DNA of 63,164 bases, filler included, from Candidatus Fermentibacterota bacterium (lineage in GTDB: Bacteria; JAFGKV01), in the NCBI GenBank assembly GCA_016928395.1. It is 7 parts of 7 records of this genome, joined end to end, with 100 filler letters (N's around TTAATTAATTAA, not from the genome) between each part and the next. Parts side by side here need not be neighbours in the genome. Positions count along the whole stretch, not along the records: positions 6,589 to 11,887 come from JAFGKV010000141.1; positions 11,988 to 18,286 come from JAFGKV010000142.1; 5 more parts are not named here. The stretch is one strand, 5' to 3'. Under the pieces are notes generated by a model that saw nothing but the letters and a program-made list of their open reading frames with translations, did no database searches and was not told where the DNA came from. Shown here one piece after another: positions 9,587 to 18,123 of the stretch. The first letter of the stretch is position 1. The number at the start of each line of letters is the position of its first letter. The position numbers and the translations under genes were made by a program.

Positions 9587-10165
9587 ATGGCGAAGCGGCG
9601 ACGACGCAAGGAGGGCCGACTGACAACTCGGCACGCCGTTCTGGCTTCCGCGGCGCTGGGTATCGGCCTGGCGGCCGTTGGCGCATTCCTTCACTATCGC
9701 AGCACGCTGGAACAGCCCGATCCCTCCATTGATCGCATCGCCCGGGAGTCGCCTGATCGCCTGTCGGTGCGGCAGATCATGGTCTGTCATCCCGGAGAAA
9801 ATGGAGAAGGAATGCTATGGTCAACCATGCTGGTTCCTTTGGCTTCCGATGACCCGTCAACGCTGGGGAAGCTCGCGGTGGCGGCGTGGGCCGAGCGCGT
9901 CGCGTTGGCCTGCGGCATGCGCGTGGATCACCCTCTAATTCAACACTTCTTCTATGACGAACGACGGATCGCCTACATAGACTTCGACCCGTCTCTCTAT
10001 GACGGCTGCCCGGTGGGAACCACGGGCGAGCGAGAGATTCTCACCTCGCTTGAGAACACCGTCCGGGCGAATCTCCCCTCAACCGCATCCATCGTCCTGC
10101 TCTCGGGAGGCATCAACGTGACATCGCCATGGGGTCACCTTCTGACCCGTCCAGGGGGCTCTTAG
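9587..10165 (+). CDS. GerMN domain protein
   Basis: Basic N-terminus plus one TM helix. IAYIDF..GTTGE..ILTSLENTV..GH motif. Typical position between amidase and rph. Confidence 0.65.
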   Translation: MAKRRRRKEGRLTTRHAVLASAALGIGLAAVGAFLHYRSTLEQPDPSIDRIARESPDRLSVRQIMVCHPGENGEGMLWSTMLVPLASDDPSTLGKLAVAAWAERVALACGMRVDHPLIQHFFYDERRIAYIDFDPSLYDGCPVGTTGEREILTSLENTVRANLPSTASIVLLSGGINVTSPWGHLLTRPGGS

Positions 10166-10167
10166 CC

Positions 10168-10923
10168 GTGAACGACACCACTCTCGGCAACGAGTTGGTG
10201 CCGCGTCACGACGGCAGATCGCCGGAGCAACCCCGCCCGCTCGGCATCCATCGGGGATACATCGCCCATGCCGAGGGGTCGGCTTTGATAGCCCAGGGGC
10301 GAACTCGTGTCATCTGCGCGGCCTCCGTCAGCACAGCCCTCCCCGAATTCAGACGAGGCACCGGCGGCGGGTGGGTCACCGCGGAGTACGGGATGCTGCC
10401 CCGGGCCACGGCGGTTCGTATGCCCCGGGCGTCAATGCCGACAAACAAACGGGCCGTGGAGATCTCTCGCTTTCTTGGCCGCTGCCTCCGGGCCGTAGTT
10501 GATCTGTACTGGCTGGGACCGTACATGATCCACATTGACTGCGACGTGGTAGATGCCGACGGAGGTACGCGATGTGCTGCCCTCACGGGGGCGTTCGTCG
10601 CCCTTCGTGACGCCATCCAAGCGCTGAAGACCCGCGAAAACCGCCCAGGATGGCCGATTCGTGAGCCAGTGGCAGGCATCAGTGTCGCACTGCTAGGTAG
10701 CAGGCTGCTCGTGGATCCCGATTACGAAGAAGACCACCAAGCCTCCATCGATTTGACCATGGCCGTCACCGAGTCGGGCCGTCTCGTGGAAATCCATGCC
10801 GCCTCAGAAGCAGACCCGTACAGCCGCGAGACGCTGAACCTCATGGTCGATGCAGGCGTTGTTGGCGCACAGAGCGCGTTTCTCGCACAACGAGAATGTT
10901 GGGAGCGAGCGCTCCTTCCATGA
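10168..10923 (+). CDS. rph: Ribonuclease PH
   Basis: R.DGR, AEGSALI..G.TRVIC, GWVTAEYGMLPRAT and DCDVVDADGGTR motifs. Confidence 0.93.
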   Translation: MNDTTLGNELVPRHDGRSPEQPRPLGIHRGYIAHAEGSALIAQGRTRVICAASVSTALPEFRRGTGGGWVTAEYGMLPRATAVRMPRASMPTNKRAVEISRFLGRCLRAVVDLYWLGPYMIHIDCDVVDADGGTRCAALTGAFVALRDAIQALKTRENRPGWPIREPVAGISVALLGSRLLVDPDYEEDHQASIDLTMAVTESGRLVEIHAASEADPYSRETLNLMVDAGVVGAQSAFLAQRECWERALLP

Positions 10924-11531
10924 GACTCGTCATCGCCACTGCCAACCGCGACAAGAGGCTGGAACTCATGGCATTGCTGGATGGCCTGGGGATCGACCTC
11001 CTGCCCATGACCCGGTGGAAGGACCTCGTGTCTCCCGCCGAGACAGGGCGCACCTTGGAGGAGAATGCCACGATCAAGGCGCTCTCCGCAGCGCGACACA
11101 CAGGGCTTCCCGCCGTCGCGGATGATACGGGCCTGGAGGTCGAGGCGCTGAACGGCCGCCCCGGAGTCTTCGCGGCCCGGTTCGCCGGCGAAGGGGCCAC
11201 CTATCGTGACAACCGGGAGAGGCTGCTGCGCGAGATGCTCGGCATTCCCGAGGATCGTCGCGGCGCAGCCTTCAGGACCGTGGCCGCACTGTGCTTTCCC
11301 GACGGGGAGTGCTTCACGGTGGAAGGCAAGTGCATCGGGCGGATCACCGGGGAGGAGCGGGGTGACGGTGGTTTCGGGTATGACTCCATCTTCCTTATCC
11401 CCTCGCTGGGCGTGACCTTCGCTGAGATGACCACCGATCAGAAGAACGCCATAAGCCACCGAAGTCAGGCCCTGGGCAAGATGCGGGAACTCATCACGGA
11501 GCACATCGTGCAAGGTCAAACGGCGACGTAG
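10920..11531 (+). CDS. rdgB: dITP/XTP pyrophosphatase (Ham1 family)
   Basis: ATAN.DK, EENA.IKA, ADDTGLEV, GFGYD and KNAISHR motifs. ATGA overlap with rph. Confidence 0.95.
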   Translation: MRLVIATANRDKRLELMALLDGLGIDLLPMTRWKDLVSPAETGRTLEENATIKALSAARHTGLPAVADDTGLEVEALNGRPGVFAARFAGEGATYRDNRERLLREMLGIPEDRRGAAFRTVAALCFPDGECFTVEGKCIGRITGEERGDGGFGYDSIFLIPSLGVTFAEMTTDQKNAISHRSQALGKMRELITEHIVQGQTAT

Positions 11532-11654
11532 GAGCGTGTAAGGTCCCGAGTTCAGGCAGGACTGCGGGCTCCGCTCCGCTGCGCAGGTCTCGGTTGTCGG
11601 TGGGGCCTCTGGATGCGAGAGCACCCAGGTGTTTCGAGGTCGAGAGTACGGCGG

Positions 11655-11800
11655 GCTGTCGGCTGTCAGGCCCGCCCAGCGCTGCGAGGAACCGTTGCCG
11701 TGGTAGGGGCGACCATCTCTGGTCGCCCGCGGGAGGGCGGGGCTCGGAGTCGGTATCGGTATCGGTATCCAGAGGCGTACCTTTGAGTACGAGTACGTGA
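11655..11800 (+). repeat. GTAG-type REP palindrome with flanking hexamer repeats
   Basis: GTAGGGGCGACCATCTCTGGTCGCCC at 11703-11728, then (GGTATC)n and (GAGTAC)n. The upstream part matches 18432-18502. Confidence 0.75.
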
Positions 11801-11887
11801 ATGTACTCTCAAACGAGTGGGGGCCCCGGGCTCGCCCGGACGATACATCTTGTAACTTCCGGTAGCAATGTATACCGTGCGGGAAGC
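11801..11887 (+). mobile_element. Terminus of an unassembled multicopy element (87 bp)
   Basis: Exact reverse complement of 11988-12074. Both contigs end inside this sequence. Confidence 0.5.
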
Positions 11888-11987
11888 NNNNNNNNNNNNN
11901 NNNNNNNNNNNNNNNNNNNNNNNNNNNNNNNTTAATTAATTAANNNNNNNNNNNNNNNNNNNNNNNNNNNNNNNNNNNNNNNNNNNN
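11888..11987. other. Artificial contig linker
   Basis: N44-TTAATTAATTAA-N44. Confidence 0.98.
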
Positions 11988-12074
11988 GCTTCCCGCACGG
12001 TATACATTGCTACCGGAAGTTACAAGATGTATCGTCCGGGCGAGCCCGGGGCCCCCACTCGTTTGAGAGTACAT
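11988..12074 (-). mobile_element. Terminus of the same unassembled multicopy element (87 bp)
   Basis: Exact reverse complement of 11801-11887. Followed by (GTACTC)n and (GATACC/GATAGC)n repeats. Confidence 0.5.
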
Positions 12075-12261
12075 GCAGAGCCCGTACTCGTACTCGTTTA
12101 CGTACTCGTTCACGGAACCGCATCTCTCGATACCGATAGCGATACCGATAGCGACCCCGAGATAGGAGAAAGGAGTGAGCTGAGAGATGCCCGCTGAGAG
12201 CCCCTCGCGGAGCGAGACCAGTTCGCCCGAACCCGCGCCTGCCGAGGCTCCTCAGAGGCCT

Positions 12262-12519
12262 TCAACTTTCGCGATATGCATCTCGCCGGTGACCAATCCT
12301 CGTCATGAGGATTGTCTCGTTGAGAATGGCGAAGATCACGCGGCACTCGCCGACACGGAACTTCCTCAAGCCGGAGAACCTACCCTTCAGCTCCGGGCAG
12401 GCATGCGCCCGCTCCGGGAGCTCCTCGGCCAGCCGCATCAGAACCCTCTCCGCCTCCGCTCTCCCAAGTCGGTTGAGATCCTTGCCGACGGACTTCTTGA
12501 ATGAAACCCTACACGCCAA
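12262..12519 (-). CDS. RelE/ParE family toxin, apparently orphan
   Basis: 85 aa with GAGG RBS and TTG start. LKG.FSGLRKFRVG..RVIF and IGHRRDAY are RelE-type motifs. Confidence 0.8.
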   Translation of the reverse strand: MACRVSFKKSVGKDLNRLGRAEAERVLMRLAEELPERAHACPELKGRFSGLRKFRVGECRVIFAILNETILMTRIGHRRDAYRES

Positions 12520-12534
12520 GTTCTAACCTCTTTG

Positions 12535-12576
12535 TTGACACCGGAGGCTGTGTGCGCATACATGCATACGTATGCG
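12535..12576 (+). promoter_or_regulatory. Probable sigma70 promoter with overlapping operator of the RHH-PIN operon
   Basis: TTGACA at 12535-12540. Inverted repeat CGCATAC...GTATGCG covers the -10 region, just before the GGAGG RBS. Confidence 0.55.
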
Positions 12577-12585
12577 GAGGTGATC

Positions 12586-12843
12586 ATGGATAGGATCTTG
12601 TCGCTCAGAGTGAGTGAGGCAACGGCAGGGCAGGTCACGGCCCTGGCCCGCAGGCTCAAAGCATCGAAGAAGCGCGTGATCGAAAGCGCAGTGAGCAGAT
12701 ACGCCGCGGAGGTCGAGGCTGAAACCAGGAGAGATGTGTTCGAGGAGACCTGTGGCGCATGGAGTCGGGAAGAGGATCCCGGCCTACTGACGGAGGAATC
12801 ACGGAAGGCATTTCGGGAATCCATGGAGAAGCGCCAGTCATGA
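12586..12843 (+). CDS. Putative ribbon-helix-helix antitoxin (VapB-like)
   Basis: 85 aa. ILSLRVSE beta strand plus two helices. ATGA-coupled to the PIN gene. Confidence 0.7.
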   Translation: MDRILSLRVSEATAGQVTALARRLKASKKRVIESAVSRYAAEVEAETRRDVFEETCGAWSREEDPGLLTEESRKAFRESMEKRQS

Positions 12844-13223
12844 GGGCATATGTAGACGCCGATGTTCTGATCTGGCACTTGCGTGGCGATCGCCGGGCTC
12901 TGCGGTTCCTCAAACGCATGAGGGACACTGCCGGATGCGAACTATGGATCGGTGCGATGCAGCGTGCGGAGGTTGTGTTCTTCATGCGGCCAGAGGAAGA
13001 AGACTCGACGGTGCTGTTTCTTTCTCAGTTCCGGACGGCTCCGGTCGATCAGACGATCGTCGACCGTGCGGCTACGCTCTACCGCACATGGCATCCGAGC
13101 CATGGGATTGATCCGAACGACGCGATCCTGGCGGCCACGACTATCGAGACCGGTGGTCAGATCTACTGCCTGAACACGAAGCATTACCCGATGCCTGCGG
13201 TTGTCGCCAAGAAAGCCTGGTAG
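12840..13223 (+). CDS. vapC: PIN domain toxin (VapC family)
   Basis: AYVDADVLIWHLRG, conserved E, D.NDAILAAT and LNTKHYP PIN motifs. Confidence 0.9.
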   Translation: MRAYVDADVLIWHLRGDRRALRFLKRMRDTAGCELWIGAMQRAEVVFFMRPEEEDSTVLFLSQFRTAPVDQTIVDRAATLYRTWHPSHGIDPNDAILAATTIETGGQIYCLNTKHYPMPAVVAKKAW

Positions 13224-13371
13224 AATCGCCGAGGACCGGGGGGATGGAAGACTGGCATGATGGAATGATGGCACAGAAGACCATCTACCCATCTGGCCAG
13301 GCAAAATGGTGGCAGGGATTGTGGATGTGCCCGGGAGAGCATTCGTCCAGCGGCTGGGTCTCTCCTTCATC

Positions 13372-13770
13372 CCATCGCTATCGTAATCGCTATCGAACCC
13401 GCACGGATCGTGGCCGTCCCGATACCGATGGCGACCCTCGGCGGGCGACCCGAGACGGTCGCCCCGACGACGAGTGATTGACCATCGAACACCCGTAGGG
13501 GCGGGACACTGTGCCCGCCCGCACGGATCCTGGGTCGATATCGATGCCGATACCGATACCGATAGCGACTCCCCGCCCCGAACCCCCGCGGGCGACCAGG
13601 GACGGTCGCCCCTACGACGAAGGGTTGACCACCGGACCCCCGTAGGGGCGGGACGCTGTGCCCGCCCGCACGGATCGTGGGCCGATGGCGATACCGATGG
13701 CGATACCGATGGCGATACCGACTCCCCGCCCCGAACCCCCGCGGGCGACCAGAGGCGGTCGCTTTAGGGT
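13372..13770 (+). repeat. REP/BIME-like mosaic array 1 (period ~147-153 bp)
   Basis: REP-A GTAGGGGCGGGAC(A/G)CTGTGCCCGCCC at 13495 and 13642 alternates with inverted REP-B (GGGCGACCAG.GACGGTCGCCCCTAC and variants) at 13443, 13590 and 13743. Spacers contain (GATACC/GATGGC)n. Confidence 0.9.
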
Positions 13771-14153
13771 TGCACAAGCCCCAACTCAGCCCTCAGGACC
13801 TTCCGGACTGCTCGACAGAGTCGTAGTGCGTGTCGAGCGGTGTCGACGTCGGCAGACTCCCCAGGATACCGCACATGAATGGCATAGGTGCTCAGGGCAT
13901 GCAGCTCCGGGCGCAGCAGGGCCAAATCCGAATGCACCGGGCGCAGTACATCGAGGAGCACGACAAGGTTGTGCGTCCGATCGAATGGCACGTCTGCTTC
14001 CTGCAGCAGGGCCTTGAGGTACTTCTCCACGCATTGCTGGCAATGGAAGCACACGGCGTCGTAGTTGGGGCATATGCGCGCTCGGATCTCCCGACTCGCC
14101 GTCGCGAAATCGGCCTCCGCCTTGGATATCCACTCAGTCGTGAGCGGATTCAT
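13764..14153 (-). CDS. HEPN domain protein (toxin of an HEPN-MNT pair)
   Basis: WISKAEADF, VCFHCQQCVEKYLKALL, RTHNL and RYPG motifs. Confidence 0.92.
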   Translation of the reverse strand: MNPLTTEWISKAEADFATASREIRARICPNYDAVCFHCQQCVEKYLKALLQEADVPFDRTHNLVVLLDVLRPVHSDLALLRPELHALSTYAIHVRYPGESADVDTARHALRLCRAVRKVLRAELGLVQP

Positions 14154-14454
14154 AGAGCAGCCGCCCTGCCTGCACGATTTGCGTCAGAAAGTAGTCGTGA
14201 AGCGCCAACCGGCGGCGTACCTCCTCCGGTCGTCGAACAATGAGATCCAATGGAATCCGCGGTTTGATGGTGCGCAGCACTTCGACGCCTTTCTCCACCC
14301 CTGATCCCTCAAAAGCCATGACCACAAGCATGTCAACATCCGAGTACTTCGAGGCCGTGCCTGTGGCATGAGATCCGAAGAGGATAATGCGTTCGGGCCG
14401 AAAAGCTCGAACGATCGAGTCGCACACCTCCTTGATCTCGTGCTCAGCTGCCAT
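14134..14454 (-). CDS. Minimal nucleotidyltransferase (MNT antitoxin)
   Basis: PERIILFGSHATG...SDVDMLVV (GS..DxD motif). Overlaps the HEPN start. Confidence 0.92.
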   Translation of the reverse strand: MAAEHEIKEVCDSIVRAFRPERIILFGSHATGTASKYSDVDMLVVMAFEGSGVEKGVEVLRTIKPRIPLDLIVRRPEEVRRRLALHDYFLTQIVQAGRLLYESAHD

Positions 14455-14789
14455 TCCGTGTTCTCCCTGTGTACCGGATTCACACAAGTGCTTGACTGGT
14501 GCAGCATCCCGTGCAGCCATGGTGCTCGAGCCGTGAGATGCCACCGAACTAGATTCAACATGTAAGGTTAGCCGGACTAGACGGATTGTCAATCAGTCGA
14601 ATGGATGCCCGACCCGCTAGATCCAAACCGGAGGACGCCAGGAAGAACACCCGCCGCAGATCGTGGCCCCGCACCGCTGGATGCTGTCAAGGGCCACGCG
14701 GCCACCGCTCGTCCAGCTATCCATTCGTCCAAGAGCTCCACGCTTGTCTTCGAGTACACGGGCCTTTCGGCGGTGCCATCTCGTCTTCC

Positions 14790-15180
14790 TCATCGCTCTC
14801 GATATCGAACCCGTAGATCGTGGCCGGCCCGATGGCGATGGCGATAGCGACCCGGCGGGCGACCAGGGACGGTCGCCCCCAAGGCTATTGGTTGACCATC
14901 GGACACCCGTAGGGGCGGGACACTGTGCCCGCCCGCACGGATCGTGGGCCGATGCCGATGCCGATGGCGATAGCGACTCCCCGCCCCGAACCCCCGCGGG
15001 CGACCAGAGACGGTCGCCCCTACGAGGAAGGGTTGACCACCGACCCCCGTAGGGGCGGGACGCTGTGCCCGCCCGCACGGATCGTGGGCTGATGCCGATG
15101 GCGATACCGATACCGATAGCGACTCCCCGCCCCGAACCCCCGCGGGCGACCAGAGACGGTCGCCCCTACGACGAAGGGTT
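14790..15180 (+). repeat. REP/BIME-like mosaic array 2, a direct-repeat counterpart of array 1
   Basis: Inverted REP-B at 14857, 14998 and 15144; REP-A at 14909 and 15049. Same leader and spacers as array 1. Confidence 0.9.
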
Positions 15181-15265
15181 GCCGCACTCTCAACCCTGAG
15201 AAATCTGAACGCGTCCCGCGCCTTCAGGGGCGCGACTGAACCCAGAACCCTGTTCCCTGTAACCT
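15181..15265 (+). repeat. Dispersed ~58-bp repeat (copy 3) with degenerate heptamers
   Basis: GCCGCACTCTCAACCCTGAGAAATCTGAACGCG...CCTTCAGGGGCGCGACTGAACCCAGAACCCTG. Confidence 0.55.
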
Positions 15266-15798
15266 ACTCCCAGCGGGCCATGCAGCAAAATCGGGTGCTG
15301 AATCGTTCTGTTGGTGAGAGCGGGATGAGAGACCTCGAAGAGACGAGGGAGCTCAGGCGCCCGGGGGAAGTGACTATGACCAGAGCAGGGGGTAATCCCG
15401 CCGGCCGTGAGAGCCTGTGGACCGGGCTCGACGCGGTAGTGCCCCACGAGAAGAGGGGGCTCGTGGGGCACGCCGCGTTGCGGCCCCCCGAGGCAGGGCC
15501 GCCGGAATTGCCGGAGCACATCACCGCCAGGCGGTCTGCCGCCTGCGATGCCCTGCCCCGTGCCTGGGCCAGGGTTCGGCAGGCACTGGAGGCATGGGAG
15601 TCGCCCGGGCACATGCAATCACCATAGATACCTCAGAGTCGACAGTATCGCTGGATTGGATCACCGCCCCGCCCGCGTTCAGTGGCGGGCCTGTTCTCTT
15701 CGCCCCATGGATCGCCCCTTCTCCTACTCCCATGGACAGGCTATCTTATTTGCACGTCACACACCGCATACATGGGCCCCTCACGGAGCGAGGAACGC

Positions 15799-18123
15799 GT
15801 GGCAGGTGGGAAGCTCTCCTTCGCAACCATCGATTCGCGGCATGAAGAACTCCTGGCCGGGCTGCCCAAGGCCCCGAAGCCGGCAGCGCTGAAGCTCATT
15901 GCCCACCTCGCCGACCTGCCGGATCTTGTGACGTATCCTCCTGCGCTCTACTACCAGGTCGACACATTGCACAGGCTCGTCGATCTCGTGTTGGATCCAT
16001 TCCCCCTCACCAGCAATCTCCCGCTGCTCACGGACCTTCTCTCCCTCCTGGCGGGCCTGCCCGAGCCGATCGCCGCCCGGCTGCCCCGATTGCCCGAGGC
16101 CCGGGCGCGCCTCGGCGCGCTGCGGTGTCTCGAGCTGGCCGCCCAAGACGACTGGGAGGCGGCAAAGCACGCCCTCCCTGCCGGCGCGGACGTTGGGACC
16201 GCCGAATCGCAGGACATGGATCTGTTACTGGGCTCCCTCGGCGTGCTTCTCCGAGGTGGCGGCGCGGTATGGCCTTTTCATGTGCGGCCCATCCGAACCC
16301 TCTCGCCGGGCACCGTGCTCACCGTATTGGTTGATGGTGAGGGTGTTCCTCCGGAGTGCCGCGAAGCATACCTGGCCACGGTGAACGCTTCAGTCCACCT
16401 GAAGCGATGCTCGCAACCGGGGCCGCCCGTGGTGCGCTCCGTCAGCGATCGCGGAGAAGAACTAGTGGTGGGAGAAGACCTCAGGGATCTCGTGATCGAG
16501 GCGTTGGATCGCACCACGGCTCTGCTGGGCCCCCAAGTGCATGCAAAGCTGCGAACCAGCCAGACGGAGGTCATCCTGGCAATCAGGCATCCGGCTCCGG
16601 TGACGGAGGTGACGGGACGATCCATCCTGCTGCCTCTGATCATCGCTCTGGCCCAGGCCCTGGGTGAACGCCTCAACCTCTCGGCGGTGGTGCGGGCGGA
16701 CAGCGGCGTGGTGTGGACAGGGGATGTGGATTCCTACGGGTCGCTGGAGGCCGTGTCGCACATCGAGGAAAAGATCCACCGGGTGGCATACTCGCGCTGC
16801 AAGGGCTTTGCGTTTCCGGCGCAACAACTGGAGGAAGTAAACGACGCCATCGGCTCAGGCAAAGCCGGAAGGGTTCTCGATGCGATTCCCGTGACGAACC
16901 TGGTGGATCTCCTCGGCCGGGTTTCGGCGGTGTCCATTCAGAGCCGGGGTACTGCCGTTCGCGCCGGCGTGGCGATCAAAAGAAGGGCCAGGCCGCTGGG
17001 GATTGCGGGAGTTGCGGCGGCAGGACTGCTCATCGTGGCTCTGGGCATCGGCCTCCCCCGCATCGCCTCCTGGCTGGACACCACGGTTGCCTCCGCCGCC
17101 TTCACCGAAACCCGCGACAAGATTCAGGTCTTCAATGCCTCCGGCCGCGGGCTGCGGTCGTTCCCCATCGTGCCGACGGAGGGGTTTCGGGTCTTGGCCA
17201 TCGACGTCGACCTCGACGGACGTCGCGAGATCTTCTACGGCACGGGAGTCCGCGATTCCGTGCCCGGCACGCTCTTCTGCCTCGACGATCACGGCAGAGA
17301 ACGCTGGAGGTTTCGCGGCGGGTTTCGCGAGGGCGAGCCGAAACCCTACGACCTCCGCAACACATTCAGCGCCGGCGGCCCCTACGTGCATGATCTGGAT
17401 CATGACGGGCTCAACGAGGTGGTGGCGGTGTTCAACCATTCGCCCTACTCCCCTGGGCAACTGGCGCTGCTGACTCGCGAGGGCGAGTACTTGAGCAGCT
17501 TCTGGCATCCGGGAGCGCTCTACGGCGCGCCGCTGTCCAATGACATGCATGCCGCCGCCTTCGTTGACATCGACCATGACGGCCTGGATGAGATTCTCAT
17601 CGGGGCCACGAACAACCGGCTCAACATGCCGGTGCTGGCCATTCTGGATCCGCGGTCGATCAGGGGAAAGGGGCCGATGTCCCTCGACGATACGACCGGT
17701 GCGAGATGGCAGAGCTATGTCGTGTTCCCCGCATGCCCGCCATTCGAGGAGACGGCGTCCACGGTGGCAAGGCTCGCGGTAATGGAGGTCAAAGCCATCC
17801 GGTGGGAAGGGCAGGACGCGCTCCGGGTAAGCTCATCGGGATACGCGCCGGACGGCACGCTCTGCGGGTTCGCCTACCATCTGGACTATGATCTGAACCT
17901 CTTGTGGTACAATGCCAACGATCAGATCTTGAAGTGGATTCGCCGCGCGCGACGGCGGGGCGAGACCGATGCCGATGTCGACTCCCCGGAGTTCCGCCGG
18001 ATGATGACCGACATCCGGATCATCCCGGGAGATCCGGCGCTGCTCGTGCCACCGGAAAAGGGGTTCCGCCTGATTCCGCGGAAGCCCTCCACGGCTCCTG
18101 GCACGGGTTGGGAACCCTCGTGA
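15799..18123 (+). CDS. Membrane protein with Lon-type (S16) protease-like domain, one TM helix and C-terminal FG-GAP repeats
   Basis: VTGRS(ILL)...WTGDVDSYGSLEAVSHIEEK...FAFPAQQ resembles the Lon_C Ser-Lys core. TM helix at ~16996-17060. DVDLDGRREI, DLDHDGLNEV and DIDHDGLDEI repeats. GTG start after GAGGAA is assumed; alternative ATG at 15772. Confidence 0.75.
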   Translation: MAGGKLSFATIDSRHEELLAGLPKAPKPAALKLIAHLADLPDLVTYPPALYYQVDTLHRLVDLVLDPFPLTSNLPLLTDLLSLLAGLPEPIAARLPRLPEARARLGALRCLELAAQDDWEAAKHALPAGADVGTAESQDMDLLLGSLGVLLRGGGAVWPFHVRPIRTLSPGTVLTVLVDGEGVPPECREAYLATVNASVHLKRCSQPGPPVVRSVSDRGEELVVGEDLRDLVIEALDRTTALLGPQVHAKLRTSQTEVILAIRHPAPVTEVTGRSILLPLIIALAQALGERLNLSAVVRADSGVVWTGDVDSYGSLEAVSHIEEKIHRVAYSRCKGFAFPAQQLEEVNDAIGSGKAGRVLDAIPVTNLVDLLGRVSAVSIQSRGTAVRAGVAIKRRARPLGIAGVAAAGLLIVALGIGLPRIASWLDTTVASAAFTETRDKIQVFNASGRGLRSFPIVPTEGFRVLAIDVDLDGRREIFYGTGVRDSVPGTLFCLDDHGRERWRFRGGFREGEPKPYDLRNTFSAGGPYVHDLDHDGLNEVVAVFNHSPYSPGQLALLTREGEYLSSFWHPGALYGAPLSNDMHAAAFVDIDHDGLDEILIGATNNRLNMPVLAILDPRSIRGKGPMSLDDTTGARWQSYVVFPACPPFEETASTVARLAVMEVKAIRWEGQDALRVSSSGYAPDGTLCGFAYHLDYDLNLLWYNANDQILKWIRRARRRGETDADVDSPEFRRMMTDIRIIPGDPALLVPPEKGFRLIPRKPSTAPGTGWEPS

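Noticed and set aside
11532-11700. tmRNA or other ncRNA near the smpB operon
   Set aside because: No GGGG(C/G)TG 5' end, T-arm/CCA 3' end or tag reading frame was recognised.
11801-11887. Group II intron end
   Set aside because: No GTGCG 5' end or domain V (GAGCCG...GAAA...CACGTACGGTTC) pattern in either orientation.
13367-13777. ORFs with RYRHRY / DTDGD repeats (13367-13777, 13474-13767, 14617-15078, 14663-15052)
   Set aside because: These are translations of non-coding REP and hexamer arrays.
13372-15180. Possible CRISPR array (regularly spaced ~26-bp palindromes)
   Set aside because: The spacers are near-identical rather than unique, repeats alternate in orientation, the period is ~147 bp and no cas genes are present. 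This fits REP/BIME.
12262-15180. Classical integron cassette array
   Set aside because: No intI and no convincing attC sites (RYYYAAC...GTTRRRY). The genes are in mixed orientation.
15280-15627. 115-aa ORF upstream of the Lon-domain gene
   Set aside because: No recognisable motif or clear RBS, and competing ORFs exist on both strands. It cannot be supported, though a small substrate gene is not excluded.
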